64,000 nucleotides of DNA, taken from Myxococcota bacterium. Lineage in GTDB: Bacteria; Myxococcota_A; UBA796; CAJQPC01. The stretch lies in assembly GCA_036229005.1 (NCBI GenBank), contig JAZAMN010000043.1, forward strand, positions 32,001 through 96,000, given 5' to 3'. Below, piece after piece: positions 8,865-18,931 of the stretch. Numbering within the stretch: the first letter of the stretch is position 1; each line of letters starts with the position of its first letter. A program made the translations under genes and the position numbers. The notes below the pieces were generated by a model. It was not told the DNA's origin, ran no database searches, and saw only the letters and a list, made by a program, of their open reading frames with translations.

Positions 8865-9623
8865 TCAGAGCCCCTGAACCTGCTCGACCAACTCATCTTC
8901 GGACCACTCGTTGTCCGAGGCCGCCCAGATCACCTTGCCGTCCGCGTCGATCAGCAGGGTGCGCAGGTTGTGCAGGATGTCCTTCTCCTGCTGCTCGCGG
9001 GTCACGCCGGCGTAGACCAGCAGCTCCTGCAGCTCGGCCAGCTCCACCCGCCCAAATGTCCAGACTGCGGGGTCGGCGCCCTTGTCTTGGCCGTAGGCCT
9101 GGAGCACCTCCAGGCTGTCGTTCTCCGGGTCCAGGGTCACCGCCAGGATGGTGGCCTTGCCCTGGATTCCCTCCTGGACCTTTGCGAGCTTGAACGCCAG
9201 CAATGGGCAGTAGGCGGGGAGGGGGCAGCTCGTGAACAGGAAGGTCAGGATCACCGGGCCGTCCTGGCCCACGCCCACGACCTTCTCGCCCTGCAGGGTG
9301 GGCACCGTGTGCTTGGGGAAGGGCTCGCCGAGCTGCACCGGGCGGGCCTTGCCGACGGGCGCGTGCCCCGTGACCTTGAACCCGATGGCGCGCATGCCCT
9401 GCTCGGTGTTCATCAGGTTCGCGTTCACCACGTCCCCGGGCTGCACCTTGCGGGCCAGGTTCGGGTCGACGATGAAGCTGTCCCGACCAGGCTCCATCAC
9501 GCCTTCGACCCCCTGGTGCTCCAGGACCACGGCCGTGCCGCCGGCCTCCAGGACGGTGCCTTGGGTGGCGTGCACGTCGCCGCCGTAGAAGTTGCAGGCC
9601 ATCAGCAAGGACATGAGCATCAT
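8865..9623 (-). CDS. SCO family lipoprotein with N-terminal CusF-like domain
   Basis: FLFTSCPLPAYCP, VTLDPENDS, ILHNLRTLLIDADG; LMAC lipobox. Confidence 0.9.
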   Translation of the reverse strand: MMLMSLLMACNFYGGDVHATQGTVLEAGGTAVVLEHQGVEGVMEPGRDSFIVDPNLARKVQPGDVVNANLMNTEQGMRAIGFKVTGHAPVGKARPVQLGEPFPKHTVPTLQGEKVVGVGQDGPVILTFLFTSCPLPAYCPLLAFKLAKVQEGIQGKATILAVTLDPENDSLEVLQAYGQDKGADPAVWTFGRVELAELQELLVYAGVTREQQEKDILHNLRTLLIDADGKVIWAASDNEWSEDELVEQVQGL

Positions 9624-9656
9624 GGGGCCCGTCTAACACCGGGTTAGGGCGGGGGC

Positions 9657-10484
9657 ATGAGGCCTTGGCTGCTCGCACTGCTGACCCTCGCGCCGGCGCT
9701 GGCTGCCCGGGTCCCCGCGGGCTTCATGCCCGGGCGCATGGCGTCCCTGGAGCTGGAGCTTGAGCGGGGGCCCTGGCAGCCGCAGCTCGCGGCGGAGTAC
9801 GGCGTGGGGCTGGCGCTCCGAGGCCAGTGCCACCTGGCGGTCGCCTATCTGGAGCCCAGCACCGCGCCCCAGGCCCAGAACGCTCTGGCCGGGTGTCTGG
9901 CGCGCACCGGGTCCCCCGAGCAGGCGTTCTCTCTGCGGGAGGAGGGGCTGCGTAGCCGCTCTCAGGGTCAGGGGCTCACCCTCCTGGAGCTTGCGGAAGA
10001 CCAACTCCTGCTCGGCGATCTCCCCGCCGTCGAGGACACGCTGGCGTGGACCGACGCCTGGATTCCGGACTCCCGCCGGGCCATGGCCCTGCACGCCGAG
10101 CTGGCCATCGCGCAGGGGGATCTGGACGCCGCCCAGGGGTGGCTGCAGCTCGCCAGCGACCAGGGGGGGCTGCTGCCGGTGGAGTGCCTGCAGGCCCAGG
10201 CGCGGCTTGGTCTGCGCCAGGGTGACCTCGCCGAGGCCGGGGTGCTGCTGGATGTGGCGCGGGACCGGCGCCGGAGGGTGAGCCAGACCGCTGCGCTCAC
10301 CGCGGAGCTCCTCGTCCTCCAGGGAGACCCTGCGGGGGCGGTCGCGCTGCTTGAGCGGCCGCGTTGGGACCACGACTACAGCCCGGAGCTGGTGGCGGCG
10401 CGGGTCCAGGCGTGGGAGGCGCTGGGGGAGCCAGCCGAGGCTGCGGCCTGGAGGGCGCTCTTGGATACGCAGTTGGGGCTGTAA
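9657..10484 (+). CDS. Secreted TPR-like helical repeat protein
   Basis: Signal peptide; repeated A/L-rich helices with QGDL..A motifs. Confidence 0.7.
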   Translation: MRPWLLALLTLAPALAARVPAGFMPGRMASLELELERGPWQPQLAAEYGVGLALRGQCHLAVAYLEPSTAPQAQNALAGCLARTGSPEQAFSLREEGLRSRSQGQGLTLLELAEDQLLLGDLPAVEDTLAWTDAWIPDSRRAMALHAELAIAQGDLDAAQGWLQLASDQGGLLPVECLQAQARLGLRQGDLAEAGVLLDVARDRRRRVSQTAALTAELLVLQGDPAGAVALLERPRWDHDYSPELVAARVQAWEALGEPAEAAAWRALLDTQLGL

Positions 10485-10538
10485 GGGTGGTCAGCGCAAA
10501 CCCGTTGGAATATCCACCGAGACCCTACGGAGAGCCAA

Positions 10539-11225
10539 ATGCGTCGTCTGCTGCTTCCTTCCTTCCTCACCGCCTTCGCTGGCCTGGCCCTGGCCTGTGG
10601 GATGGGCGATCGCGAGGAGCCCCAGGACACCTGGCTCGTGGCCGGGGACGCCGACACGGACGCTGACAGCGACTCCGACACGGACTCCGACTCCGACGCC
10701 GACTCGGACAGCGACGCGGACTCCGACTCGGACTCCGACTCGGACGCTGACTCCGACGCCGACAGCGACGCGGATTCGGACGCGGACAGCGACGCGGACA
10801 CGGATCCGGCGCCGACGACCTACATCGGGACGGAGCGGTTCCTCTACGCGCTGGCCCCGGAACCCGGCAAGTACGAATGCGACATGCGCTGGAAGACCGC
10901 CGGTGTGCCCGTGTCGCCTTGCTCGGGGTGCGAGTTCGCGTTCGAGATCGAGGGGGTGTTCCAGAAGGGCGTCAGCGTCGTCGACGACGCCTGCAGCGGC
11001 TTGGCCACCGACATGTCCTTCTACTACGGCTACCACCCCAGCTACGGCAGCTACGGGGAGGCGCTGCTCTACAGCACGGACGGGACCACCTGGGGGGTCA
11101 TCGCGACGGACGTGAGCCTGTCGGGCACCAAGTTCGACTACAGCTGGGGCTACGAGGACAGCCCCTACGGCGAGTACTACTACTACTACACCAACAAGTG
11201 GTCGGGCACCGCGACGGTCAAGTAG
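10539..11225 (+). CDS. Lipoprotein with Asp-Ser/Asp-Ala repeat linker
   Basis: LALAC lipobox; (DADSD)n tract; C-terminal domain with C..C..C and Tyr-rich end. Confidence 0.85.
   Translation: MRRLLLPSFLTAFAGLALACGMGDREEPQDTWLVAGDADTDADSDSDTDSDSDADSDSDADSDSDSDSDADSDADSDADSDADSDADTDPAPTTYIGTERFLYALAPEPGKYECDMRWKTAGVPVSPCSGCEFAFEIEGVFQKGVSVVDDACSGLATDMSFYYGYHPSYGSYGEALLYSTDGTTWGVIATDVSLSGTKFDYSWGYEDSPYGEYYYYYTNKWSGTATVK
10647..10806 (+). repeat. Coding DADSD/DSDTD low-complexity repeat
   Basis: Tandem GAC-NCN hexamers encoding about 25 Asp-X dipeptides. Confidence 0.9.
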
Positions 11226-11228
11226 CGC

Positions 11229-12317
11229 TCAGAACTCAAAGCCCGGCCCCCAGCCCACGCTGTATTCGGCCGCATCCTCGGCGCTGTACCCACCCTTGAG
11301 GTGCACCGACTCCGTGGACTCCACGTCGACCTGCACGGTCCTGCCGTCCTCCAGCGCCAGCTCCACCCGCTCGCCGGCCTGGACCCGCAGCAGCCTGGCG
11401 GGCGGCACGCCGACAACTTCCTGGCCCTGTGCCTGGACGATCAGGTCGCCCTCCTTGAGGCCGGCCTGGTCCGCTGGGGAGCCGGGGGTCACGTAGTCGA
11501 TGCGCCAGCCGCCGAGCTCTGCGTCCAGGCCCGGATTGGCGAGGGTGCGCATCAGGTTGATGCCCATCGCGACGTTCTGTTCGGGCAGCACCAGCTCCCC
11601 CAGGTCCCGGTCTCCGGGGCCGGCAGGGATGGGGACCTGCAGCGCGGAGTCGGGGCCCTGGATGTCCAGGATGCAGGCGCTCATGCTGCTGCGCTCGATG
11701 AAGAAGCCCTCGTCGTCGCTGTCCACCCGGCGTCCCCCGCAGCCGCTGATGCGCGCGGCCTCGACCACCTGGCCCTGGGTGTCGACCACCAGACCGTAGA
11801 GTCCGTAGGGGCCTTCGGCGGGCTCCAGCGGGGGGATGTGGCAGGCGCTGCTGCCGTCCTCGAAGACCTCCCAGGTGATCTCGACGGGCTTGTAGCCTTC
11901 GAGCTCCAGGGTGCCTTTGCTGTAGGGCTCTCGCGTGGCTCCAATGACGCGGAATCGGCCCTCGTCTCGAACGGTGAAGGTCAACTCCGAGAGCGGGACA
12001 CGCACCAGCCCCGAGGTCCCCCGCTGGACCCCAGGGGCGACGCACTGCAGCTCCCGGGCGAGCAGGGCGTCTACGGTGTTGAAGAGCTGCTCCTGTTCGG
12101 TGGGGGGCCGGTCAGGAGCTGTCGCGATGGCGTTCACGATCGTGGTTGCGACTTCGGTGCCGGAGCCAAGGGCTTGCCGACGCTCACTCTGGGGCAGTCG
12201 GTTGGTCGGATCTGCAGGCTCCTCTCTGGGCCGGATGGCGGCAACAGTGAGGAGCACTGCCACCATGCCCAACAGAAGTGCGGCCGCAGACCACAGCTTC
12301 TTGGATCGCGTTGCCAT
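11229..12317 (-). CDS. Membrane-anchored PDZ-domain protein
   Basis: N-terminal TM; carboxypeptidase-regulatory-like beta domain (GLVVDTQGQVV); PDZ motif VTPGSPADQAGLKEGDLIV. Confidence 0.8.
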   Translation of the reverse strand: MATRSKKLWSAAALLLGMVAVLLTVAAIRPREEPADPTNRLPQSERRQALGSGTEVATTIVNAIATAPDRPPTEQEQLFNTVDALLARELQCVAPGVQRGTSGLVRVPLSELTFTVRDEGRFRVIGATREPYSKGTLELEGYKPVEITWEVFEDGSSACHIPPLEPAEGPYGLYGLVVDTQGQVVEAARISGCGGRRVDSDDEGFFIERSSMSACILDIQGPDSALQVPIPAGPGDRDLGELVLPEQNVAMGINLMRTLANPGLDAELGGWRIDYVTPGSPADQAGLKEGDLIVQAQGQEVVGVPPARLLRVQAGERVELALEDGRTVQVDVESTESVHLKGGYSAEDAAEYSVGWGPGFEF

Positions 12318-12326
12318 CGCTTCCTC

Positions 12327-12737
12327 CTAGTGGCCCAGGGTCAGCGACAACAGCTCTCTGCAGATGTTGTAGAGGCCCTGCATGTCCTCCAACTCCTCCA
12401 GTGCTGCGACGAGCGTGCGTGCTGCCGCTTCAGCTGCGGCCGGGTCCCTTTCTTCGAGGGCGTCTTCATAGGCTGCAAGGGCGTCTTGGGCCTTCTGGCG
12501 AGTGGTCTCGTACGCACGAATCGTCTCCGAGCAGAGCTTCCCGATGCTGAGGCCTCCCACCACGCCGGCTGTCTTCGACGCCGACAGCTCACAGTGCCCC
12601 TCAACTCCCACCAACTCCACCAGCTCTCCGAACTCCGCGTCCATCTCCCCACTGCTCACAGGCTCGGCCGCCTGCACAGTCCCGGTGAACACCACGCCAG
12701 CCAGCAGTACGCCGGCGACAGACAACATCTTCTTCAT
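12327..12737 (-). CDS. Small secreted hypothetical protein
   Basis: MKKMLSVAGVLLAGVVFTGTVQA signal peptide; helical C-terminus; GAGAGGGGG RBS. Confidence 0.65.
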   Translation of the reverse strand: MKKMLSVAGVLLAGVVFTGTVQAAEPVSSGEMDAEFGELVELVGVEGHCELSASKTAGVVGGLSIGKLCSETIRAYETTRQKAQDALAAYEDALEERDPAAAEAAARTLVAALEELEDMQGLYNICRELLSLTLGH

Positions 12738-12981
12738 CAGAATCCCCCCTCTCTCGAGGTGTTGCTGAGAGCCCTCCATTGGGCCCCGCTCAAGCAGTTT
12801 ACGCAGCATCCTGCCCTCCCATGTTCATGCTGCGAGGGGCAAGTGGAATCCTGTTGCTTGGTTTTATTGGAAAAACAAGGGTTATCGGAAAGTAATAGAT
12901 GCCTTGCCACAAGGATCTGCTCCACCAAGCCCCCGCAACCCAAGCCCCAGACCGTCCCGCCGCCGCGTTATCCACACCCCC

Positions 12982-13563
12982 GTGAACGCCACCGCCCCCG
13001 CGCCACGCCTGCACTTCACCGACCTCTTCAACGCGGCCGGTGCCCTCACCCTGGCGCGCATCCCGCTGGCCTTCGTGACCGCCTTCGTGATGCACGACCA
13101 CTTCTGGTTCGTCGCGGTGTTCGTGCTCGCCATGGGCAGCGACGTGCTGGACGGCCCGGTGGCCCGGTGGACGGGCAAGGGCTCGCGGGCGGGGGCCATC
13201 GCGGACGGCTGGGCCGACAAGATCTTCCTCATCAACTACGCCTGGTCCATGGAGATGATGGGCTACGCCGAGGGTTGGCACCTCTGGCTGTGGTTCCTCC
13301 GCGAGATCATCCAGGCCGCCACCATCCCCCTGGTCGCCCTGGACTACGCCTACCAGCGCAAGCCCTTCCCGCAGCCCCTCCCCGAGGGCCGCCTGGCCAC
13401 CCTCTGCATCGCCGTCGGGATGATGGCGGGGCTGGCCGGACTGGAGCCCGCCCGGGACCTGCTCACCCTCATCGGCGGGGGCATGGGGGCGGTCGCGGGG
13501 CTGCGCTATGTGGCGCGGGACCAGCCTTGGACACGCATTCGTCGCTGGCTTGCAAGGGGTTGA
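12982..13563 (+). CDS. CDP-alcohol phosphatidyltransferase family protein
   Basis: LTLARI; SDVLDGPVAR..SRAGAIADGWADK signature. Confidence 0.88.
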   Translation: MNATAPAPRLHFTDLFNAAGALTLARIPLAFVTAFVMHDHFWFVAVFVLAMGSDVLDGPVARWTGKGSRAGAIADGWADKIFLINYAWSMEMMGYAEGWHLWLWFLREIIQAATIPLVALDYAYQRKPFPQPLPEGRLATLCIAVGMMAGLAGLEPARDLLTLIGGGMGAVAGLRYVARDQPWTRIRRWLARG

Positions 13564-13629
13564 AACAGACCCGCCCTTGCCATCGGACCCGGGCGCAATA
13601 AGGGCCTGGGCTGCACTCGAGGGCCCCAC

Positions 13630-15699
13630 GTGTCTGCATCCCAGCACCCCATCGTCAAGGAGGAGATCAGCCTCCTGGACAAGATCCGCACCCAGCTCCT
13701 GGAGCGCCCCCCCAAGGAGGGCCCCTCGGAGAAGGACATCGTGGAGGAGCTGACCCGGCTCCGGGATGAGCTGCCCAACGCCAAGCAGGAGGACCTGGGC
13801 TCCCTCTTCCAGCAGTTCGACCAGCTCCACGCCCTGCTGCAGCAGCTCCGCGCCGCCCGCCGCACCGACGACGTCGACCCGGACAACCCCTACTTTGCCC
13901 ACATGCGCCTGCGGGAGGACGGCCGCGAGCGCAACCTCTACCTGGGCAAGGTCACCCGCATCGACCACGGCCTGCGCATCATCGACTGGCGCAACGCCCC
14001 CATCGCCCAGCTCTTCTACCGCTACCGCGAGGGCGATGAGTACGCGGAGGAGGTCGGCGACCGCATCCTGGAGGGCGAGATCGTCGCCCGCCGCAGCGTC
14101 TCCATCAACGGCGGCCAGCTCGAGCGCATCGACGCCCCCCAGGGCATCTTCTCCCGCCGCAACGGCGAGTGGGACCACCGCGACCCCTCCAAGGCGCGCC
14201 TGGCCGGCGGGCAGGGCTCCAGCCTGCTCAAGCACAACAACGCCACCGGCCGCACCATGGGCGGGACCGGCGCCAAGCACCGCCGCGACAAGCACCTGCC
14301 CGACATCGCCGCCCTGATCGACCAGGAGCAGTTCGAGCTCATCACCCGCCCCGACTCCGGGCTGGTCGTCATCCGCGGCATCGCCGGCTCCGGCAAGACC
14401 ACCGTGGCGCTGCACCGCGTGGCCTACCTGGCCTTCCAGGACCCCAAGCACTTCCACCCCAAGCGCATGATCATCGTCGTCTGGGGCCGGGCCCTGCGCG
14501 ACTACATCTCCAAGGTCCTGCCCTCCCTTGGCGTCGAAGGCGTCGAGGTCCACACCTGGGGCCGCTGGTCCCGCAAGCTGCGCGAGAAGCACTTCCCCTT
14601 CCTGCCCAAGAAGGTGGCCGAGGACACCCCCGAGATCGTCTCGCGCCTCAAGCTGCACCCCGCCTTCCTGGCGGTCATGGAGCACCAGATCGAGAGCGTG
14701 TCCAACCCGAGCAACGCCGATGGCGTGTTCGAGGACTTCCTGGGCATGTTCATGGATCTCGACAAGCTGGTGGAGATCATCGAGCGCAACAGCCCCGGCG
14801 CCTTCACCCGCAAGGAGCTGGAGCGCGCCTGGGACTGGGCCCGCCGCCAGCGCGCCCGCCTCACCGACTGGGTCTCCGGCGAGCGCGAGCAGCCCGCGTT
14901 CATGGACGAAGAGGACGACGCCCTGCTCCTGCGCCTCTGGCAGATGCGCGTGGGCCCTCTGCGCGGCCAGGGCAAGGCGCCGCTGCGCTACGCCCACATG
15001 GTCGTCGACGAGGTGCAGGACCTCTCCCCGCTGGAGGTCGCCGTCCTCATCGACACCCTGGACAAGCGCCACAGCATCACCCTCTCCGGCGACACCCAGC
15101 AGCACATCATCGAGCAGGCCGGGTTCACCGACTGGGAGAGCTTCCTGGGCCGCCTGGGCGTGCGCGGCAGCAGCGCCGTCAACACCCTGCGCGTGAGCTA
15201 CCGCTCCACCCACGAGATCACCAGCTTCGCCCGCAAGGTCCTGGGCCCCCTGGCCGAAGACGACGTCCCCCCCACCACCACCCGCCCCGGTGCCCCGGTC
15301 GAGCTCTTCCGCTTCACCGACCACGGCGCCTGCGTGGCCTTCCTGGCGGACGCCCTCTTCGAGCTCACCGTGCGCGAGCCCCTGGCCAGCATCGCGGTCA
15401 TCACCCCCTCCAAGGCCCTCTCGCACGTCTACGCGGACGGCCTGCGGCGCTCCGATCTGCCCCGCCTGCGGCAGGTCCAGGATCAGAAGTTCGCGTTCGC
15501 CCCCGGCATCGAGGTCGTCGAGATCTCCGAGGTCAAGGGCCTGGAGTTCGACTACGTCGTCCTGGTCGAGGTCAGCGCCAACCACTACCCCGACAACTCC
15601 CACGCCCGGCGCCTGCTCCACGTCGGCGCCACCCGCGCCGCCCACCAGCTCTGGCTCACCTGCGTCGGCTCCCCCAGCCCCATCGTCCGGGAGGACTGA
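13630..15699 (+). CDS. helD: HelD-like SF1 ATPase (RNA polymerase recycling factor)
   Basis: PYFAHMRL, IIDWRNAPIAQLFY, GIAGSGKTTVALHRVAYL, VVDEVQD, SYRST, KGLEFD, GATRA. Confidence 0.85.
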   Translation: MSASQHPIVKEEISLLDKIRTQLLERPPKEGPSEKDIVEELTRLRDELPNAKQEDLGSLFQQFDQLHALLQQLRAARRTDDVDPDNPYFAHMRLREDGRERNLYLGKVTRIDHGLRIIDWRNAPIAQLFYRYREGDEYAEEVGDRILEGEIVARRSVSINGGQLERIDAPQGIFSRRNGEWDHRDPSKARLAGGQGSSLLKHNNATGRTMGGTGAKHRRDKHLPDIAALIDQEQFELITRPDSGLVVIRGIAGSGKTTVALHRVAYLAFQDPKHFHPKRMIIVVWGRALRDYISKVLPSLGVEGVEVHTWGRWSRKLREKHFPFLPKKVAEDTPEIVSRLKLHPAFLAVMEHQIESVSNPSNADGVFEDFLGMFMDLDKLVEIIERNSPGAFTRKELERAWDWARRQRARLTDWVSGEREQPAFMDEEDDALLLRLWQMRVGPLRGQGKAPLRYAHMVVDEVQDLSPLEVAVLIDTLDKRHSITLSGDTQQHIIEQAGFTDWESFLGRLGVRGSSAVNTLRVSYRSTHEITSFARKVLGPLAEDDVPPTTTRPGAPVELFRFTDHGACVAFLADALFELTVREPLASIAVITPSKALSHVYADGLRRSDLPRLRQVQDQKFAFAPGIEVVEISEVKGLEFDYVVLVEVSANHYPDNSHARRLLHVGATRAAHQLWLTCVGSPSPIVRED

Positions 15700-15794
15700 G
15701 CTCCCTTCTCCAGGGAAGTGCGGCGGGGGGGTTTACAACCTGCCTCGTCCCCACCACTCTGGGGTCAGGTCTGGGCAGGACCTGGAGGGGAGAA

Positions 15795-16610
15795 ATGGAT
15801 GCAGTCGAGGACACCCTGGCGCGGACCCGCTTTCGCGGGCCGGTGCTGTTGGGGTTGGGAGTGGGGCTCTGCACGGTGGGGGTGCTCAGTGCGTGTGGGG
15901 GGCCGACGGTGATTCCGTACCGGCCGCCGACGACACCCATCGTGGCGCTCGAGCCGCTGGACGACGGAGAGCTGGTGGTCGCCGCTGGCGTGACCAACAC
16001 GGTGATCGTGGACAGCGACGATGGCGAGTCCTTCGTGATGCTGGTCCCGGGCACCAGCTACGACCTCTTCTCGCCCGCCGGCGCCTACGCGGGGACGGCC
16101 GCTCTGGGCGTCCAGCGCTTCGAGCTGCGCGGCGCCTTCGAGCGCAACGCGCAGGACTGGATGTTCGAGGCCGGGCTGGGCTTGCGCCTGCCCAGCTTCG
16201 CCCGCTGGACCCCCGTGGTCGACGTGGCCACCGGCTACGAGGAGATCCGGGACGAGTACACCCAGCAGGCCGACACCGCGGAGGGCCTGGAGGAGGAGGA
16301 CATCGACTACGCCTACCGCGTGGTCGCGCCCAGCGCGCGCGTGCGCATGGTCTGGCAGCCCAGCGACGCCCTCAGCGTCCCCCTGAGCCTGCGGGTCTCC
16401 CACTCGCGCACCGTCGCGCTGGAGGGCCTGGAAGACCGCAAGATGCCCACCCAGACCTACGTGGATCTGGGGGCTGGCGTGGTCTACAAGCCGGGGCGGG
16501 GTTGCCTGCGCCTGGGCGCCGGCGTGGCCGTGGATCCGCGCAGCCCCACGTCCGCGCAGCTCCACGCCGCGCTCGGCTGCAACACCCAGCTCTGGGGAGG
16601 TGCCCAGTGA
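15795..16610 (+). CDS. Putative beta-barrel-like lipoprotein, paralog 1 of 4
   Basis: LSAC lipobox; alternating beta strands; C-terminal C-LRLGAG...LGC; GGAGGG RBS. Confidence 0.7.
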   Translation: MDAVEDTLARTRFRGPVLLGLGVGLCTVGVLSACGGPTVIPYRPPTTPIVALEPLDDGELVVAAGVTNTVIVDSDDGESFVMLVPGTSYDLFSPAGAYAGTAALGVQRFELRGAFERNAQDWMFEAGLGLRLPSFARWTPVVDVATGYEEIRDEYTQQADTAEGLEEEDIDYAYRVVAPSARVRMVWQPSDALSVPLSLRVSHSRTVALEGLEDRKMPTQTYVDLGAGVVYKPGRGCLRLGAGVAVDPRSPTSAQLHAALGCNTQLWGGAQ

Positions 16611-17236
16611 TCATCTTCGGACTCCTGAGCTTCGCCTCCGACCTGCCCACCCCGGGCCCAGCGCCCAGCCCCGTGTTCGTGCAGCCGCTGCACGAGGGCG
16701 TGCGCTTGGGCGCGAGCGCGGAGACCCTGCTGCTGCGGGGGGACCCGGCCTTCGCCCTCAGCGGACAGATGGGCGCCCCCCAGCTCAGCCTGCAGGCGGG
16801 CTGGGCGCACGCCGACGCCCGCCTCCAGGTCTCGCGCCTGCCCTTCGGCCCCGCGCTGGATGCCGCTGTCGCCTGGCACCGCGCCCAGCAGGGCGTCGGC
16901 GGCACGGACGTGGCGCTGGGGCTGGGTGTCGCGGCGCTGCGCAGCAGCGAGACGGCGATCAATCCCGGTGACGGGGTCGCGCCCTACGCGGAGCTCCGCG
17001 CCGCGCACCACTTCGAGGGCGGCTTCTCGCTCCCGGTCTCCGCGCGCGTCGGGACGGTCTGGGAGCCGGAGGACTCCCAGTCGGGCGCCTTCGCAGAGGT
17101 CAGCGTGGGCGCCGCCTGGCAGACCGAGAGCTGCTGGGAGGTGGGCGTCGGTGTTGTGGGCAGTACAACCCTGGAGACCGGCGATCTGCGGGCCCAGGCG
17201 GGTCTTAGCTGCCGCCTGGATCAGCTCGGGGGCTGA
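16607..17236 (+). CDS. Putative beta-barrel-like protein, paralog 2 of 4
   Basis: GTGA overlap with the preceding gene; C-terminal C-WEVGVG...LSC. Confidence 0.6.
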   Translation: MIIFGLLSFASDLPTPGPAPSPVFVQPLHEGVRLGASAETLLLRGDPAFALSGQMGAPQLSLQAGWAHADARLQVSRLPFGPALDAAVAWHRAQQGVGGTDVALGLGVAALRSSETAINPGDGVAPYAELRAAHHFEGGFSLPVSARVGTVWEPEDSQSGAFAEVSVGAAWQTESCWEVGVGVVGSTTLETGDLRAQAGLSCRLDQLGG

Positions 17237-17305
17237 GTCTGCGCGCGCAGGGTCCCGCCCCAGGCGGGGCCCTGTCTGTGCGATCCTGCTCCCCAGGAGA
17301 CGACC

Positions 17306-18103
17306 GTGCACGCGAGATCCACCCTGCCTCTGGGCCTGCCCAGCGGCCTGCACCTGGGCCTGTCGTTGGCCTTGCCGCTGGCCTTGGGCGCCTGCGTCCC
17401 AGGGCCGCTGGTCGTGGCCACCCCGCCGGGCCGTGAACCCATCACCAACCTGGACGCGATGGAGGACGGGCAGACCGAACTCAGCGGCGCGCTGGGCGCC
17501 AGCGTGCTCCTGGACGACGACGGGCCCAGCGCACTCTTCCTGGACGCGGCCACCCTGGGCCCTCCGTGGACCTTGGCCGCTGCGCACAGCATCGACCGCT
17601 TCGAGCTGCGGGCGGCGTGGAACAAGACCATCCTGTGGAACCAGGGGAACCTGGGCGTGGGGGTGCGCCTTCCCTCCTTGGGCGCCTGGGATTTCGCGAT
17701 CGACGGCGGCTACGCCTTCGGCGGCTACGCCGACACCTTCACCATCGAAGAGGGCGACGAGAGCGAAGCCGCCGAGCTCCGCGAGCCAGGCACCTACAGC
17801 TACGCCTACCGCATGCACGCCCCCTACGGCCGGGCGCGGGCGGTCTACCGCGTGCGCGACGGCGTCTCCATCCCGCTGGCCCTGCGCATGTCCCACGCGT
17901 GGACCCAGAACCAGGGCGGCGTGCTCCCCCAGGAGCTCCAGCAGCAGAGCTTCCCGGAGCTCAGCGTGGGCGTGATCCTCACGCCGCCGCGCACCTGCCT
18001 GCAGGCCGGGGTCGGCATCCACTACACCGTCCTCCCCGACGTCTACGCGCCGATGGTGCAGGGCGCGCTGTCCTGCGTGTTCGCGGTCAAGGAGCGCACC
18101 TGA
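17306..18103 (+). CDS. Putative beta-barrel-like lipoprotein, paralog 3 of 4
   Basis: LGAC lipobox; YAYRMHAPYGRAR; C-LQAGVG...LSC. Confidence 0.75.
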   Translation: MHARSTLPLGLPSGLHLGLSLALPLALGACVPGPLVVATPPGREPITNLDAMEDGQTELSGALGASVLLDDDGPSALFLDAATLGPPWTLAAAHSIDRFELRAAWNKTILWNQGNLGVGVRLPSLGAWDFAIDGGYAFGGYADTFTIEEGDESEAAELREPGTYSYAYRMHAPYGRARAVYRVRDGVSIPLALRMSHAWTQNQGGVLPQELQQQSFPELSVGVILTPPRTCLQAGVGIHYTVLPDVYAPMVQGALSCVFAVKERT

Positions 18104-18165
18104 GCGCTTGTGGTCCACCTGGGTTTGTGGCAGGTTCCAGGGGTCAGGGCCCCTTGGGGGCGAAC

Positions 18166-18903
18166 ATGGTCAAATCACTGCCCGCCGCGCTGGCTCTGCT
18201 GGGGCTGGGCGCCTGCGTCTCGGGGCCCACCGTGCTGGTGACCGCCCCCGCGCGGGAGCCCGTCTCGAACCTGGATGCGATGGCGCCGGGTCAGACGGAG
18301 CTGAGCGGCTCGCTGGGGGTCTCGCTCTACGCAGACGACAAGACGGTGGCGGTCTATCCGCTGGATCTCCCCACCCTGGGCAGCCCCTGGACCCTGGCGG
18401 CTGCGCACTCCGTGGGGCCCGTCGAGCTGCGGGGCGCCTACAACCGCAGCCTGCTCTGGGACCAGGGCAATGTTGGGGTGGGGCTGCGGCTCCCCTCGCC
18501 AGGACCCTGGGACTTTGTGGTGGACGGGGGCTACGCCTTCGGCGGCTACGCCGGCAGCTACAGCGTCGGCGAGGAGGACGACGCTCGAGAGGTCCCCTAC
18601 GCCTATCGCATGCACGCTCCCTACGGCCGGGCGCGCGTCGTCCGCTCGGTGGGGGACATCCTCTCGGTGGTCGGCGCCCTGCGGGTGGCCCACGCCTGGA
18701 CCCAGCCCGTTGAGGGCGTCAGCGCGCAGAACATGGAGCAGCAGACCTTCCCCGAGCTCAGCCTGGGGCTGGTCCACAGCGCCCCAAAGACCTGCCTGCA
18801 GGTGGGTGTGGGTGGGCACTATGTGCCCGTCGAACAGGTGCACAGCGTGCAGCTGCAGGGGGCCCTGTCGTGTGCGTTCGACGTGGGGAGCTGGAGGCGC
18901 TGA
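18166..18903 (+). CDS. Putative beta-barrel-like lipoprotein, paralog 4 of 4
   Basis: LGAC lipobox; closely similar to paralog 3 (NLDAM..GQTELSG, DGGYAFGGYA, YAYRMHAPYGRAR). Confidence 0.75.
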   Translation: MVKSLPAALALLGLGACVSGPTVLVTAPAREPVSNLDAMAPGQTELSGSLGVSLYADDKTVAVYPLDLPTLGSPWTLAAAHSVGPVELRGAYNRSLLWDQGNVGVGLRLPSPGPWDFVVDGGYAFGGYAGSYSVGEEDDAREVPYAYRMHAPYGRARVVRSVGDILSVVGALRVAHAWTQPVEGVSAQNMEQQTFPELSLGLVHSAPKTCLQVGVGGHYVPVEQVHSVQLQGALSCAFDVGSWRR

Positions 18904-18931
18904 ACCGGTGGATTCAGGCCTCCAGCAGAGC

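Noticed and set aside
10647..10806. DNA-level repeat array
   Set aside because: Explained by a coding Asp-X linker with synonymous codon variation
13564..13629. Rifamycin-associated element upstream of helD
   Set aside because: Only a weak CCCTTG...AAGGG inverted repeat; it does not match the 19-bp RAE palindrome as recalled
12799..15645. 948-aa minus-strand ORF, and similar long ORFs such as 43452..46670, 47574..49703 and 60831..63527
   Set aside because: Antisense shadows of well-supported genes, expected in high-GC3 DNA
14169..15794. Long N-terminal extension of the 813-aa ORF
   Set aside because: Off-frame overlap with helD; the real gene starts at 15795 with an RBS
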